Part shown: in pieces, positions 50,890 to 63,484 of the stretch
Numbering within the stretch: position 1 is the stretch's first letter
How the letters are laid out: every line of letters starts with the position of its first letter
Assembly: GCA_951406725.2 (NCBI GenBank)
Contig: OX597836.1
Location: forward strand, 33,170,001 to 33,234,000
Direction of reading: 5' to 3'
Source: Octopus vulgaris
Lineage: Eukaryota
DNA length: 64,000 nt
Made by a program: the position numbers and the translations under genes
Notes under the pieces: model-generated
Database searches by the model: none
What the model saw: only the letters and a program-made list of their open reading frames with translations
What the model was told of the DNA's origin: nothing

Positions 50890-51739
50890 TGTATGCACAT
50901 ACATACATATACATGGAAGACAGTGTGTGAGTGTGTACACACACACACACACACACTGTCTCCCATGTATATATGTATATGTATGTATGTATGTGCATAC
51001 ACACACAAGGGAAACAAACAGAATGAGAGAGAGAGAGAGTGAGTGAAGGATTTGGAAAGATAACTTCTGTATGTGAAAACATTTTATCTAGTCTTGCAGA
51101 GTAACATGATTATGAGAGAGAGAGGGGGGAGGGTGATGATGATGAGGACGAAAGAGATAGAGAAAGAGAGCAAGAGAGAACAGGTGTTCCAGTAGCCACA
51201 GTTCACTGAAAACCATCCACTGGAAAGTGAAAACTCCTCCACTCCATAATGCCAATGGTACTGTGTTGATGGATGATGTTAGAAACACTAACAACAGCTG
51301 CCACAGTTATCACCTTCTTGAAGGTACTAACGAGGTCCGAGTGGACACCAAGGACTACTAACCCAAGCCTCGTTAGCAAGACTGGATGAATGGAAATAAT
51401 GTGGATGGAAACCCTCTTGGATGGATTTTTATCGACATTTCCAAGATCCACCCTCATCACTCACATTGACCATGTCACTGATTCAGTCCAAGAATTACTT
51501 TAACACAATACATGTGTCTGTGGAGTACTCGGCCATTTAAGTGTGCATTGAATTAACAAGGATTATTATTCTTTATTAAAACTGATTTTTTTTTTTTTTT
51601 TAAGTGAATGGATGTGATTAAGGCTATGCAATTAAGAAGCTTGCCTTGGCAACTACAGCCCTAGGCTGACCAAGACCGATGCCTTGGTATGAGAGAAATT
51701 GATAGATGGAAACTGGGTGAGAGCCCATCACATATACAT

Positions 51740-51788
<49 letters not shown>

Positions 51789-51814
51789 CACACACATATA
51801 TATATATATATATA

Positions 51815-52478
51815 AAACCACTTTTTACCTAAGGACCCCTTTGTTCTCCATTTTATTTGGATGGACCCTCATAGCCATACAATGTTTCAAGCAAATCCTA
51901 TTATATGTGGTGGTGGGGTTGGGGAGGTTCTAAGATTCCTGGCTTTAAGGGTTTCATGAAAAGCCTAGTTGGAGGCCCAACCTTCCAAGTTCTTTTACAG
52001 GGCTTAGAAAAACTGAAGGCCCACTGAAATAAGGGTGTGAATTTCAGAGGGGAGTATGTTGAACAAAATAATAATTAACTGATCCTCCCTTAATTTCTTT
52101 TACCCAAAGCCAGGAACTTTTCATCACACCCTCGTGTGTGTGTGTGTGTATACACACATACACCTATAAAAGGGGTGCTGAGAAGTTCCTGGCTTTAAGG
52201 GTATCATGAAAGGGCCTGGGTGGGGGCCCAATCTTCTGTGTTCTCTTACAGGGCTTACAAAAACTGAAGGACTACTTCAATAAGTGTGCCAGAAACTTTT
52301 CAGTAGCCCCTTGTATTTTTACAATTAAATATTATCAGGAGCCGTGTTTGAAAAATAGTTAAAATATTTTGGGTATTGTACAAGTAATGTACAACTAAAT
52401 TATTGCACATAAATTTTAACAACAAAATCTTATGCGGACTCCCTAAGGGCCATACGAACCCTGGTTGAGAACTACTAA
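51815..52478. mobile_element. Two tandem mariner-type MITEs (M1; 51918-52135 and 52165-52315) nested in a probable hAT MITE
   Basis: TIR-like aggggtgctgagaagttcctggcttt / ccagaaacttttcagtagcccct; outer end ctggttgagaactact. Confidence 0.7.
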
Positions 52479-52574
52479 TCAAATGCATGTATATAGATGT
52501 TTCAGTTTGAATGAGATATACATCTAGCATTTGAAATTTCTGATATATAGCAAATTTTCTCACTTTTCTGTTGT

Positions 52575-52622
<48 letters not shown>

Positions 52623-52635
52623 TCACTCTATATTG

Positions 52636-52730
52636 CATGGCACCGTGGGCAAGTGTCCTCTATAGCCTTGGGCTGACCAAAGACTTGTGAGAGGGTTTGG
52701 TAGACAGAAACTGAAACAAGCCCATCATAA

Positions 52731-52770
<40 letters not shown>

Positions 52771-53000
52771 GGATAAGATCGTTAATTTAAAATAAAATAA
52801 TGATTTTGTCAAGTGGGCAGCATGGAAAAGATAAACTTCAAAGGTAATAATTATTAAAATTATATTAAAATTTTTTACTAGCTTCATCTTGTCTCTTTGT
52901 TTTCTCTCCGTGTTTGCGATATGGACAATTAAGGTGGTTTTAGAGTCAGATCATGGCTGCTATTTTCAGGGTGGCATCTCGTAGATACCATAATTTATAA

Positions 53001-53043
<43 letters not shown>

Positions 53044-53210
53044 TGTGTGTCTCTGTTTGTCCCCTGTAGCTTAGAGGTGTGGCAAAAGAGACCGATAGAA
53101 TAAGTACTAGGCTTGCAAAGAACAAGTCATGGGGTCAGTTTGTTTGACTAAAGGCGGTGCCCCAGTATGGCCGCAGTCAAATGACTGAAACAAGTGAAAG
53201 AATAAAAAGA
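52636..53210 (+). mobile_element. Split SINE family A (52636-52730 and 53040-53210)
   Basis: Family match, interrupted within the (TA)n tract. Confidence 0.75.
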
Positions 53211-53326
53211 AAGAACACTATATATATATATTTATTTTATAGAAGGAGCTTCTACAGGACTAGAACTGTTTCATTCAAATGAAATCTTCATATATATATA
53301 TATATGTGTGTGTGTGCGTGAGTGTA

Positions 53327-53358
<32 letters not shown>

Positions 53359-53809
53359 CACATATATATATACACACACAGGCACATGTACATTGGCATA
53401 GAGTTTTATATGGCTTACATTTGTCCTAACAATTAACTGAAGGAGATGAAACTAAATGACTGGTAGTGTTGGTGGTGGTGGTCGTGGGGTGAATGGCGGA
53501 GCTGAAAAAACACAAGAGGCAATTCTACCATACTGAGTTGACAAATCTCATAAACATTTAGAAAATATATAGCTTGTTTGCAATTAGGAACACACATGTC
53601 TACAGACATACAGATAATTGTACACACACACACACATGTATGCATATATACAATAAATATGTGTGTGTGTATGTATATATAAGTAAATATATATTCATAT
53701 ATATATGTACACATATTTATATATGTATACACATGTATGCATATATACAATAAAAATGTGTGTGTGTGTGTATATATGTATACACATATATAAATATATA
53801 CACACACAC

Positions 53810-54218
53810 CTAAAAATATATACACATATATAAATATATATATATATATAGATATAAAAATATATGCAAATATATCTTTATATATACATATATACATATA
53901 CACACATATATATATTCAAACATATATATACAAACATACACATACATATTTAGCAAGAATATATATATATATAGATATAAAAATATATGCAAATATATCT
54001 TTATATATACATATATGTATATACACACACATATATATATATATTCAAACATATATATACAAACATACACATACATATTTAGCAAGAATATATATATATA
54101 TATATAGATATAAAAATATATGCAAATATATCTTTATATATACATATATATATATATACACACATATATATATTCAAACATATACATACAAACATACACA
54201 TACATATTTAGCAAGAAT
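53810..54218. repeat. Microsatellite-derived tandem repeat, ~130-bp unit x3
   Basis: gatataaaaatatatgcaaatatatcttta..catatttagcaagaat three times. Confidence 0.85.
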
Positions 54219-54529
54219 GAGAGATAGATAGATAGAGGGAGAGAGAGAGAGAAGCAAGCGTGTGTGCATGCGGTTGTGCATAGACACAATAGAGGCACAC
54301 CCACAAAAGCAGAGAGAGAGAGAGAATGATGTCCGCCCTATCCTGCTGTTGGCTGACACGATACCGAAATTAAAGCAAACACAAGCTACATCCTACATCC
54401 TTTACGAATAGGGAATCATTTAAGAAACCCAAAGATTAATGAAAGAGGAACTCCTTCGACACGGTGAGGGCCTGAGAGCAATTTTGGTGGAATCTAATTT
54501 TCTCTAATGAATACGAATAGCAAAAGACA

Positions 54530-54917
54530 TACTCTTTTACTTGTTTCAGTCATTTGACTGCGGCCTTGCTGGAGCACCACCTTTAATCGAGCAACTCGAC
54601 CCCAGGACTTATTCTTTTGTAAGCCCAGTACTTATTCTATCGGTCTCGTTTGCCGAACCGCTAAGTTACGGGGACATAAACACACCAGCATCGGTTGTCA
54701 AGCAATGCTGGGGGGACAAACACATACATGTATATATATATATATACATATATACGACGGGCTTCTTTCAGTTTCCGTCTACCAAATCCACTCACAAGGC
54801 TTTGGTCGGCCCGAGGCTATAGTAGAAGACACTTGTCCAAGGTGCCATGCAGTGGGACTGAACCCGGAACCATGTGGTTGGTAGACAAGCTACTTACCAC
54901 ACAGCCACTCCTGGGCC

Positions 54918-54918
<1 letters not shown>
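54530..54918 (-). mobile_element. SINE family A, full length
   Basis: Family match. Confidence 0.92.
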
Positions 54919-54948
<30 letters not shown>

Positions 54949-54959
54949 TATATATAATT

Positions 54960-55182
54960 GCTTTATTTAAAAGCAGCAGAAATATAACAAAAGCTGTTAC
55001 TCGGAGTTTCACGTTTTTTTTTTAAACAAAAGCTGTTACTCGGAGTTTCACGTTTTTTTTTTTAAACAAAAGCTGTTACTCGGAGTTTCATGTTTTTTTT
55101 AAAAACAAAACTGTCCAATGAACGGGAACATGAAACTCCGAGTAACAGCTTTTGTTATATTTCTGCTGCTTTTAAATAAAGC
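54960..55182. repeat. Perfect 52-bp inverted repeat enclosing tandem partial copies and a degenerate hammerhead motif
   Basis: 54960-55011 is the reverse complement of 55131-55182; agctgttactcggagtttca x3. Confidence 0.93.
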
Positions 55183-55320
55183 ATATTACTCTACCTCTGG
55201 TATTTGAGTACTCTTTTTTCCACCTTGTTTCACATTTATGTGCTTACTCCAGTATATATATATATATATAATTGAACAGATCTACATGCTTGTATGTTTG
55301 TGTGTGTTGTTTATATAATA

Positions 55321-55530
55321 CTAGCAGTATCGCCCGGCGTTGCTCAGGTTTGTAAGGGAAATAACTATAAAGCATTTTTAGAGAGTTATAGCCAAAAAAT
55401 AGCAAAAAAATGGAAAAAAAATTTGTCAAGTTTCATCAGAATCGGTTGAAAGCCGTGGTCAGGGTGAGGGTACGAGAAAACAGACACACAGAAACACGCA
55501 CAGACAAACTGCCGTTTATATATAGAGAGA
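55321..55530 (-). mobile_element. Non-autonomous Helitron
   Basis: Minus strand starts A|TC(tctctatatataa) and ends CTAG|T, with a subterminal GC hairpin cctgagcaacgccggg; no TSD. Confidence 0.75.
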
Positions 55531-55544
55531 TTAGGCTGGTGTTT

Positions 55545-55811
55545 CCATTGTCTTTTACTTGTGTCTGTCATTGGACTGTGGCCATCCATGCTGAATGGGT
55601 GGTTGGGTTGGTGGGAGAGGCACTGCTTTGAAGGGTTTAGTCCACAAGTTGACGCCCCACCTCACCAATTTTTTGTGTTTGGGGGTACATAATTCAGTAC
55701 TTATACTATTGCTTTCCTTTGCTGAACTGTGAAGTTACAGGGATGGGAAGAAAGGAATGCCAGTTGTCAGATGATGGTGAGAAGGCAAACACACATATCT
55801 ATATATACAGT

Positions 55812-55872
<61 letters not shown>

Positions 55873-56100
55873 TACAGATGCAAGAGTGGCTGTGTGGTAA
55901 GTAGCTTCCTTACCAACCATATGGTTCCAGGTTTGGGCAAGTGTCTTCTGCTATAGCCTTGGGCCAACCAAAACCTTTTGAGTGGATCTGGTAGATGAAA
56001 ACTGAAAGAAGCCCATCGTATATATGTATATGTATATATGTGTGTGTGTGCTTGTGTGTCTGTGTTTGTCACCCACAAACATCCTCGCTTGACAACCGAT
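55545..56100. mobile_element. Two old SINE family A copies in opposite orientation (55545-55800 minus, 55877-56100 plus)
   Basis: Family match. Confidence 0.7.
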
Positions 56101-56786
56101 TACCAAATAAAAAAAAAAAATGAAAAAGCCAGCACATTGGAGAATGTAGTGGGCCTAGAACTACAAAAAAAAAAAAACCCTAAAAAGAACCACCCCACCA
56201 AATATAAGATGGGTATAAGCTGAAAGGCAACTGATTATAAGGGCTAACATGGGGGAGGGTCTAAAACCCAACTAAGGTACTAACAAGCCAAATAATGGGA
56301 CAAATTCTTGGGCAACAGTTGTATATAGATGTTGTTTTTGTTCAGTTCCTTGACCCCTCCTTGCCCCATGAAGGAGTCGGGGGGGGGGGAGTATTGAGGA
56401 GGGGGGAGACAGCACCCCCTCCCGCCCGCCCCATCTCATCTAATACACTGTTTGATAACAGGGTCCTTAAGATAACCCACTTTCTACATTGTTAAGTCAG
56501 AGTCCTTTCCTTTCTCGCCATTAAAGTTCTTATTGTATAGATTGCACTGTGTTGGGAGGAGGAGGAGGAAGAGGGTGGGAGGAAAGCCAGGGGAGAGGGG
56601 GAGATTTGGTGAAAGTAATGCCAGGCATGGTGGTGGTGGTGGTGGTGGTGGCGGCAGAGGTGGCCTTAAACCTCTGAAGAAAAGTTACTTAAAGTAATTA
56701 AGTGTGCCACTTACAGGGGGTAAGTAAAAGAAAAACACTGCTTCAGTGCTGTTATTAAATTGGATCATAGAAGTCTATTTAATATA

Positions 56787-56823
<37 letters not shown>

Positions 56824-57069
56824 AAGATGGAGAAAACACAGAGTGTTTCTTTCCCACCATCCTTTCAACACAGTTAAATTACATACAAGCATACAGCCTA
56901 GTGGTTAAGAGCGTTGCAGTCATAATCACAACATTGCGGTTTCGATACTCAAGGCTGGCGGTGAAATGGGTTCTTGAGGAAAACACTTCGCTTCATGCTG
57001 CACCATCCAGTGTACTCAGCCAGCGGTAAGCAGGTCACAATCATCATCATCATCATCGCTCTCGTCGTC

Positions 57070-57943
57070 AAGGTGAGTGGGCAGAATCGTTAGCGTGTTG
57101 GGGAAAAAAATGCTTAGTGACATTTCGTCTGTCACTAACTACGTTCTGAGTTCAAATTCTGCCGAGATCAACTTTGCCTCCTATTCTTTCGGGGTGGGTC
57201 AATGAAATAAGTACCACTCAAATACTAGGAGGGGGGGAAGGGGGTGGCCGATCTAATTGACTATCCACCCCTCTCCCGTAAACTTTCAGGCCTTGTGCAT
57301 CTATCTAGTAGAAAGGTGGCGAGCTGGCAGAAACGTTAGCACGCTGGGCGAAATGCTTAACAGTATTTTGTCTGCCGCTATGTTCTGAGTTCAAATTCCG
57401 CCGAGGTCGACTTTGCCTTTCATCCTTTCGGGGTCAATTAAATAAGTACCAGTCAATATAATCGACTTAATCTGTTTGTTTGTCACCTCTGTGTGTAGCC
57501 CCTTCTGGGCAGTAAAGAAATAAGAAAGAATTGTGATTAACATTATCATCATCATCAAATTCACTGCCTGGTAATAATTATGATGATTACTATCACCATC
57601 ATCACCATTAATATTATTAAGGTGGTGGGCTGGCAGAATCGTTAGCATGCCAGGCAAAATGGCATTTCATCTGTCTTTACATTTTGAGTTCAAATTTTGC
57701 CGTGGTTGAATTTGCCTTTCATCCTTTTGGGTTCAATAAATAAAGTACCAGTGAAACGGTGGGGGTCGGTGGATGTAATCGACTAGTCCCCCTCCCCTAA
57801 AATTTCAGGCCTTGTGGCTATAGCAAAAATTATTATTATTATAAATTATTATTAATGTGGCGAGCTGGCAGAATCGTTAGCATACCGGGCAAAATGCTAA
57901 GCAGTATTTTGTCCATCTCTATGTTCGGAATGCAAATTCCATC
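57070..57943 (+). mobile_element. Cluster of co-oriented SINE family B copies
   Basis: Heads at about 57070, 57315, 57620 and 57857. Confidence 0.85.
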
Positions 57944-58421
57944 GAGGTCAACTTAGCCTTTCATCCTTTTAGGGGCGACAAAATAAGTACCTGTTGATGT
58001 AATCGACTTGTCCCCCTCCCCTCAAATTTCAGGCCTTATGCCTATAGTAGAAAGGATTATTATGAGGTCAACTTTGCCTTTCATCCTTTTAGGGGCGACA
58101 AAATAAGTACCAGTTGATGTAATCGACTTGTCCCCCTCCCCTCAAATTTCAGGCCTTATGCCTATAGTAGAAAGGATTATTATGAGGTCAACTTTGCCTT
58201 TCATCCTTTTAGGGGCGACAAAATAAGTACCAGTTGATGTAATTGACTAGTCCCCCTCCCCTCAAATTTCAGGCCTTATGCCTATAGTAGAAAGGATTAT
58301 TATGAGGTCAACTTTGCCTTTCATCCTTTTAGGGGCGACAAAATAAGTACCAGTTGATGTAATCGACTTGTCCCCTCCCCTCAAATTTCAGGCCTTATGC
58401 CTATAGTAGAAAGGATTATTA
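57944..58421 (+). repeat. SINE-B-derived tandem repeat, 120-bp unit x4
   Basis: gaggtcaact at 57944, 58064, 58184 and 58304; near-identical units. Confidence 0.95.
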
Positions 58422-59077
58422 TTCGGTTATATTTCTATTGAATGCAGCTATGTATGTCTTGAATGCAGGGCAGTATCTTGTTCTGCTTTTAGGTTCTTCT
58501 ATTGTATTGAGAAGAAGACTTTACCATAACGTGTGTGCATGTATGTGTGTGCTTGCATATGTGAGCGCGTGTGTGCGTGCAATTATTTGGCTAAAATCTA
58601 GTTCAACTAAGAATCAAAAACGACAGAAGAAAAAGAAAAAAAGAATGGATAGCTGCGACAATGTCGGTCACCCCCCCTCCTGCCCCTACCATAATTAACA
58701 GTAAAACCATCAACAAACTCGGTGGACATCGTCCCCACTCCCAGCACCACCATCACCACCACCACCACTGCCAAAGTACTGTTTCAAGTGCTGTAGAAAA
58801 CCAAAATGAAGGAAGGAGTGGTAGATGGAATGGCAACATGTGACAGCTTCTCCGATGACCACCGCCACCACCAGCGCGTCTACTGTTACACAACCACTTA
58901 CAGAACACAACAATGACCAAATACCATTAATGGTACTACACACACACATACACACCAAACAGCACTTCTTTAGACAAACACGAGGTCAGAAATTAGGAAA
59001 GCCTGTAGACCAGGCAGAGACAACCTTTTCTGAGAAGCAGGCTGTATGAGACAAGGCCCCATCATCAGACAGGCCAC

Positions 59078-59292
59078 ACTCTTTACTCTTTTACTTGTTT
59101 CAAGTCATTTGACTGCGGCCATACTGGAGCACCACCTTTAATCAAGCAAATCGACCCCGGGACTTATTCTTTTGTAAGCCCAGTACTTATTCTATCAGAC
59201 TCTTTTGCTGAACCGCTAAGTAACGGGGACATAAACACACCAGCATCGGTTGTCAAGCAATGCTAGGGGGACAAACACAGACACACAAACGC

Positions 59293-59323
<31 letters not shown>

Positions 59324-59490
59324 TACGACAGGCTTCTTTCAGTTTCTGTCTACCAAATCCACTCACAAGGCTTTGGTCGGCCCGAGGCTATAGTAGAAGA
59401 CACTTGCCCAAGGTGTCACGCAGTGGGACTGAACCCAAAACCATGTGGTTGGTAAACAAGCTACTTACCACACAGCCACTCCTGCACCTA
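59078..59490 (-). mobile_element. SINE family A, full length
   Basis: Family match. Confidence 0.92.
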
Positions 59491-59735
59491 ATACAAAATA
59501 ATTGAGGAAATTTTTTCTTTGGGTGTGTCACTGAGAAAGTCTCAAGGACTGCAGCCTGCCCACACTCAGCCTAGGGTATCTTTGACTGAATTAACCCCAG
59601 TGCATGACTGGTATTAATTTTTATCACTCGCAGCAAATTGAATGATAAACCTGACTCAAGTGCAGGGGTCTCCGAAGTGGTCGACAGGACTATTCAAGAG
59701 GTCGATAAATGTCTGAAAACCGCACATCTACTTAT

Positions 59736-60258
59736 TACTCTTTTACTTGTTTCAGTCATTTTGACTGCGGCCATGCTGGAGCACCGCCTTTAGTTGAGCA
59801 AATCGACCCCGGGACTTATTCTTTGTAAGCCCAGCACTTATTCTATCGGTCCCTTTTGCCGAACCGCTAAGTGATGGGGACGTAAACACACCAGCATCGG
59901 TTGTCGAGCAATGTTAGAGGGACAAACACAGACACACAAACATACACACACACACACATATATATATCACGTGACCGACCATACCATCAGATGTTGTTAC
60001 ACATCGCTGGTCACAATGCGTTCGCATTATTTTAGCCTTTGAATGACGCCACCCCGCTGGCTAAGCGAGCAGGCCAACAGAAGAAAGAGTGGGAGAAAGA
60101 GTGGTGAAAGAGTACAGCAGGGATCACCACCCCCTGCCGGAGCCTTGTGGAGCTTTTAGGTGTTTTCGCTCAATAAACACTCACAACGCCCGGCCTGGGA
60201 ATCGAAACCGCGGTCCTCCGTCTGCGAGTCCGCTGCCCTAACCACTGGGCCATTGCGT
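59736..60258 (-). mobile_element. SINE family A 3' half followed by tRNA-derived SINE family G (59968-60258)
   Basis: G head cgcaatggcccagtggttagggcagcggac..ggtttcgattccc; shares aaacacctaa(aa)gctccac with family F. Confidence 0.85.
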
Positions 60259-60509
60259 TATCTCCCCAACTTTCCTTCTCATGTTTGACCCTTCTGTCCG
60301 GCACTAACCGCCATGATAGATCGCTAACCACTACACACATTTTTTCTCTCCTTGTTTATTTTTCTGTATCCCTTTCTTGTAGAAGAGCATCAGCTCGAAA
60401 CGTAAAAGACTTTTTCTATTCCTGAGCATTATACTAATACATCTGTTTGTTTTGTACACCACCTGTCTTCGTCTTTTGTTTTTTTTCTTAAACTCTCCCT
60501 ATCTATCTA

Positions 60510-60550
<41 letters not shown>

Positions 60551-61401
60551 TTAGATATTAATGTTTGTATAATAAAAACAATTTTACATTAAATTGGAGG
60601 GTAAATTTATTATTCTTTAACAAGAATAGTGTTGATAGTGACTTTGAACTTTTGGCTAGCTAGGGCATCATCAGAATGTCAGTCAGACGATGATTAAGCT
60701 GGCCAAAACTTCGGAGTCACTGTCAAAAACTATTCTCGTTAAAAGAGTAATGAACATATGTAGATGGATGCAGATATGTATATTATATTTAACAGCAACT
60801 ACACCTCCGTTAGAACGAAATGAAATGAAATGAAATGCAAGGAAACCAAAAAAAAAAAACAAAATGAAAAAGAAATACATAAACAACAATAAAAAAAGAA
60901 AATGGTGGCTCATTATAATAAGAGATGAAAAGACTGTGAAAAAGAAAAACAAAAAAAGTAGACAACTGTTAAAGCAAAAAAAAAAAAGAAACAATTTAAG
61001 ATACATTTGAATAAATATAAACAAAGAATTTCAAAAAATGGATAAAATAGTTGACATGTAATCTCCATACTTTCTCTGTATACACACATACATACATGAT
61101 GGCTGTGTAGTTAAGGAGTTTACTTAGCAACCACAGCTCTGGTTTAACCCAAAACTATGGCACTTTGGGCAAATGTCTTCTACTACTGAGCCATTGGCCA
61201 TTAATTGGCAAATCATAGTTCTGAGTTAATCCCAAACTGTGGCACATTGAACAAGTGTTCTCTACATATATAGCCCTGGGCTGACTGATATCTTGCCAGT
61301 GAAATCTGACGCAGGGAAACAGTATGGAAGTTCAGACATGACAGTGTAGTTAAAGAGTGGCTGAAACCAACGACATACGCAAGTTGAAGTATGCCCGTAT
61401 T

Positions 61402-61750
61402 TAGGCACAGGAGTGGCTGTGTGGTAAGTAGCTTGCTTACCAACCACATGGTTCCAGGTTCAGTTCTACCATGTGACACCTTGGGCAAGTGTCTTCTATT
61501 AAGCCTCAGGCTGACCAAAGCTTTGCAAGGGGATTTGGTAGATGGAAACTGAAAGCCTGTCATATATATATATATATAGACGTATATATTTGTCCCCCCA
61601 CCATCACTTGCAACCAATGCTGGCATGTTTACGTTCTCGTAACATAGCAGTTCAGCAAAAGAGACTGACAGAATAAGTACTAGGCTTGAAAAATAATAAG
61701 TCCTGGGGCTGGTGCTCCAGCATGACTGCAGTCAAATGACTGAAACAAGG
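61402..61750 (+). mobile_element. SINE family A
   Basis: Family match. Confidence 0.85.
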
Positions 61751-61799
61751 GTTTAGCCAGACAAAATCTTCTTCAGTAGTTATTTATTTTGAAATCTCA

Positions 61800-62370
61800 T
61801 ACTTATTCTACCACTCTCTTTTGCCAAACCACTAACCGCAAACTTATGGGGATGTAAACAAACCAACAATGGTTGTCAAGCAGTGGCAGTGGGGCCGACA
61901 AACACACATATCTATGAAATGGGCTTATTTCAGCTTTTGTCAACCAAATCGCAGCTGCAAGCTTTGGTTGGCCCAGGGCTGCATAGTAGAAGACAGCTGA
62001 CCAAAGTGCCAGCATACAGAGGGACTGAACTTGAAACGAAATGGTTGGAGAGCAAGCTTCTTACTACACAGCCACATTCAACAAAATTTCATTTGATGCA
62101 TACCACAAACTTATGCAGATGTAAACAAACCAACTACGGCTGCCCCAGCAGTTGCAGGAGGATGAACACACATATATCTATATAAAATGGGCTTCTTTCA
62201 GTTTTTGTCGACCAAATCCCAGCCACAAGCTTTGGTTGGCCCGGGATTATGGTTATAGTAGAAGACAACTGTCCAAGGTGCCAGCATACAGAGGGATTGA
62301 ACTTGAAACCATGTGGTTGGGAAGCAAACGCCTTACCACACAGCCACATCCAACTAAATTTCACTCAACG
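61800..62370 (-). mobile_element. Locally duplicated old SINE family A (2 units of ~265 bp)
   Basis: Both units share the private insertion ccagcatacagaggga and flanking aaatttca. Confidence 0.8.
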
Positions 62371-63484
62371 CATACATAATGAATGAATGAATGGAAGATA
62401 AGGGGCGAGAGGTGGAGAGAGGATGGAAGTGAAGGGGGTAGGCAGGCAAGCAAGAGGAGGGGAAGAGGTGATGGGTGTGGTGGGAGGGTGGGGATAGGAG
62501 GAGGAGGTTGTGTTGTGTTAGTAAATCTACATTATTTTTGTTATCGTTTTCTATTAATTTAAATTTTTTTTTGGCTTTTCTTGTTATTTCACTGCAAGCA
62601 CAGACCAGGTTAGAAAGATTATAAAAAAAAACAAAAAAAACTGCACACTAAGATTGTTCTCAATTGCAGCAAACCAATGAACAAACAAAAACAAACAAAA
62701 AAAGAGCAAACCGTGGCGTAAGGCAGGGTGAGAGGGAGGGCGGTGAAGGTACGGTGGCGGGGTGTGGGTGGCGGCGGTGGCAGTGGAATAAGGTGTGATG
62801 AGGGGGTGGGGTGGGTGGGGGTGTAGCTAATAAACGCAACCGACACGATCCAGAGTAATAGCGGTAGTAGTAGTAGTAGTGATGGTAGTAGCAATAGTAG
62901 TAGTAGCAAAAATCAACAATGAAAAACAAATAAACAAGTATGTAAAAAAAAAAAAGACATAAAAACTCAAAACAAACAAGCGATGTTCCAAAGATATTAA
63001 CTATATATTACACATACATACATATATATATATATATGCATATATATATATACACACACACGAAAATAAAAAGGATTAAAACCCGAGTGTTGTATTGAAA
63101 CAACTGTAACAAAATAATGCCATAAATTCCAGTCTTTGATTTTATATATGTATATATATTTATATATATATACATATATATATACATATATACACACACA
63201 CCTTGTCTTTTCAAAATGGGGAAAAGAGATTGCGGTGGAAAAATTAAAATATACAAATTGAGGCATTTTTTTTGGGGGGGTCACTTCTTATTTTTCAAAC
63301 GTTCATTAACGTTGAAGCTCCTTCCCGCCAAAGGACATAAACTATAATTAATTAACAATAACGAAAGAAAGAAAGAAAGAAAGAAAATAGATGAAAATAA
63401 AATGACAAACAACGAATATAAACGTACTCCTACGTGACACGAGAGGAAGTATTAGGATCTTGAATCTGAATATAGAGTAAGGGG

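Noticed and set aside
51180-51480. Unique complex sequence with an 85-aa minus-strand ORF
   Set aside because: No recognisable protein motif in the frames examined and no strong splice sites; left unannotated.
53255-53292. Minus-strand TGAAGA..GAAACAGTT hammerhead-like remnant
   Set aside because: The 5' core base and helix I strand are replaced by (TA)n; at best a truncated relic.
58690-58790. Minus-strand acceptor-like site followed by a Gly-rich frame
   Set aside because: Frames hit stops or are (GGT)n-derived; no convincing donor or Eya similarity.
60190-60258. Apparent tRNA genes (also at 25365, 1500-1572, 7045-7116 and 56895)
   Set aside because: These are tRNA-derived SINE heads continuing into SINE bodies; no complete cloverleaf was seen.
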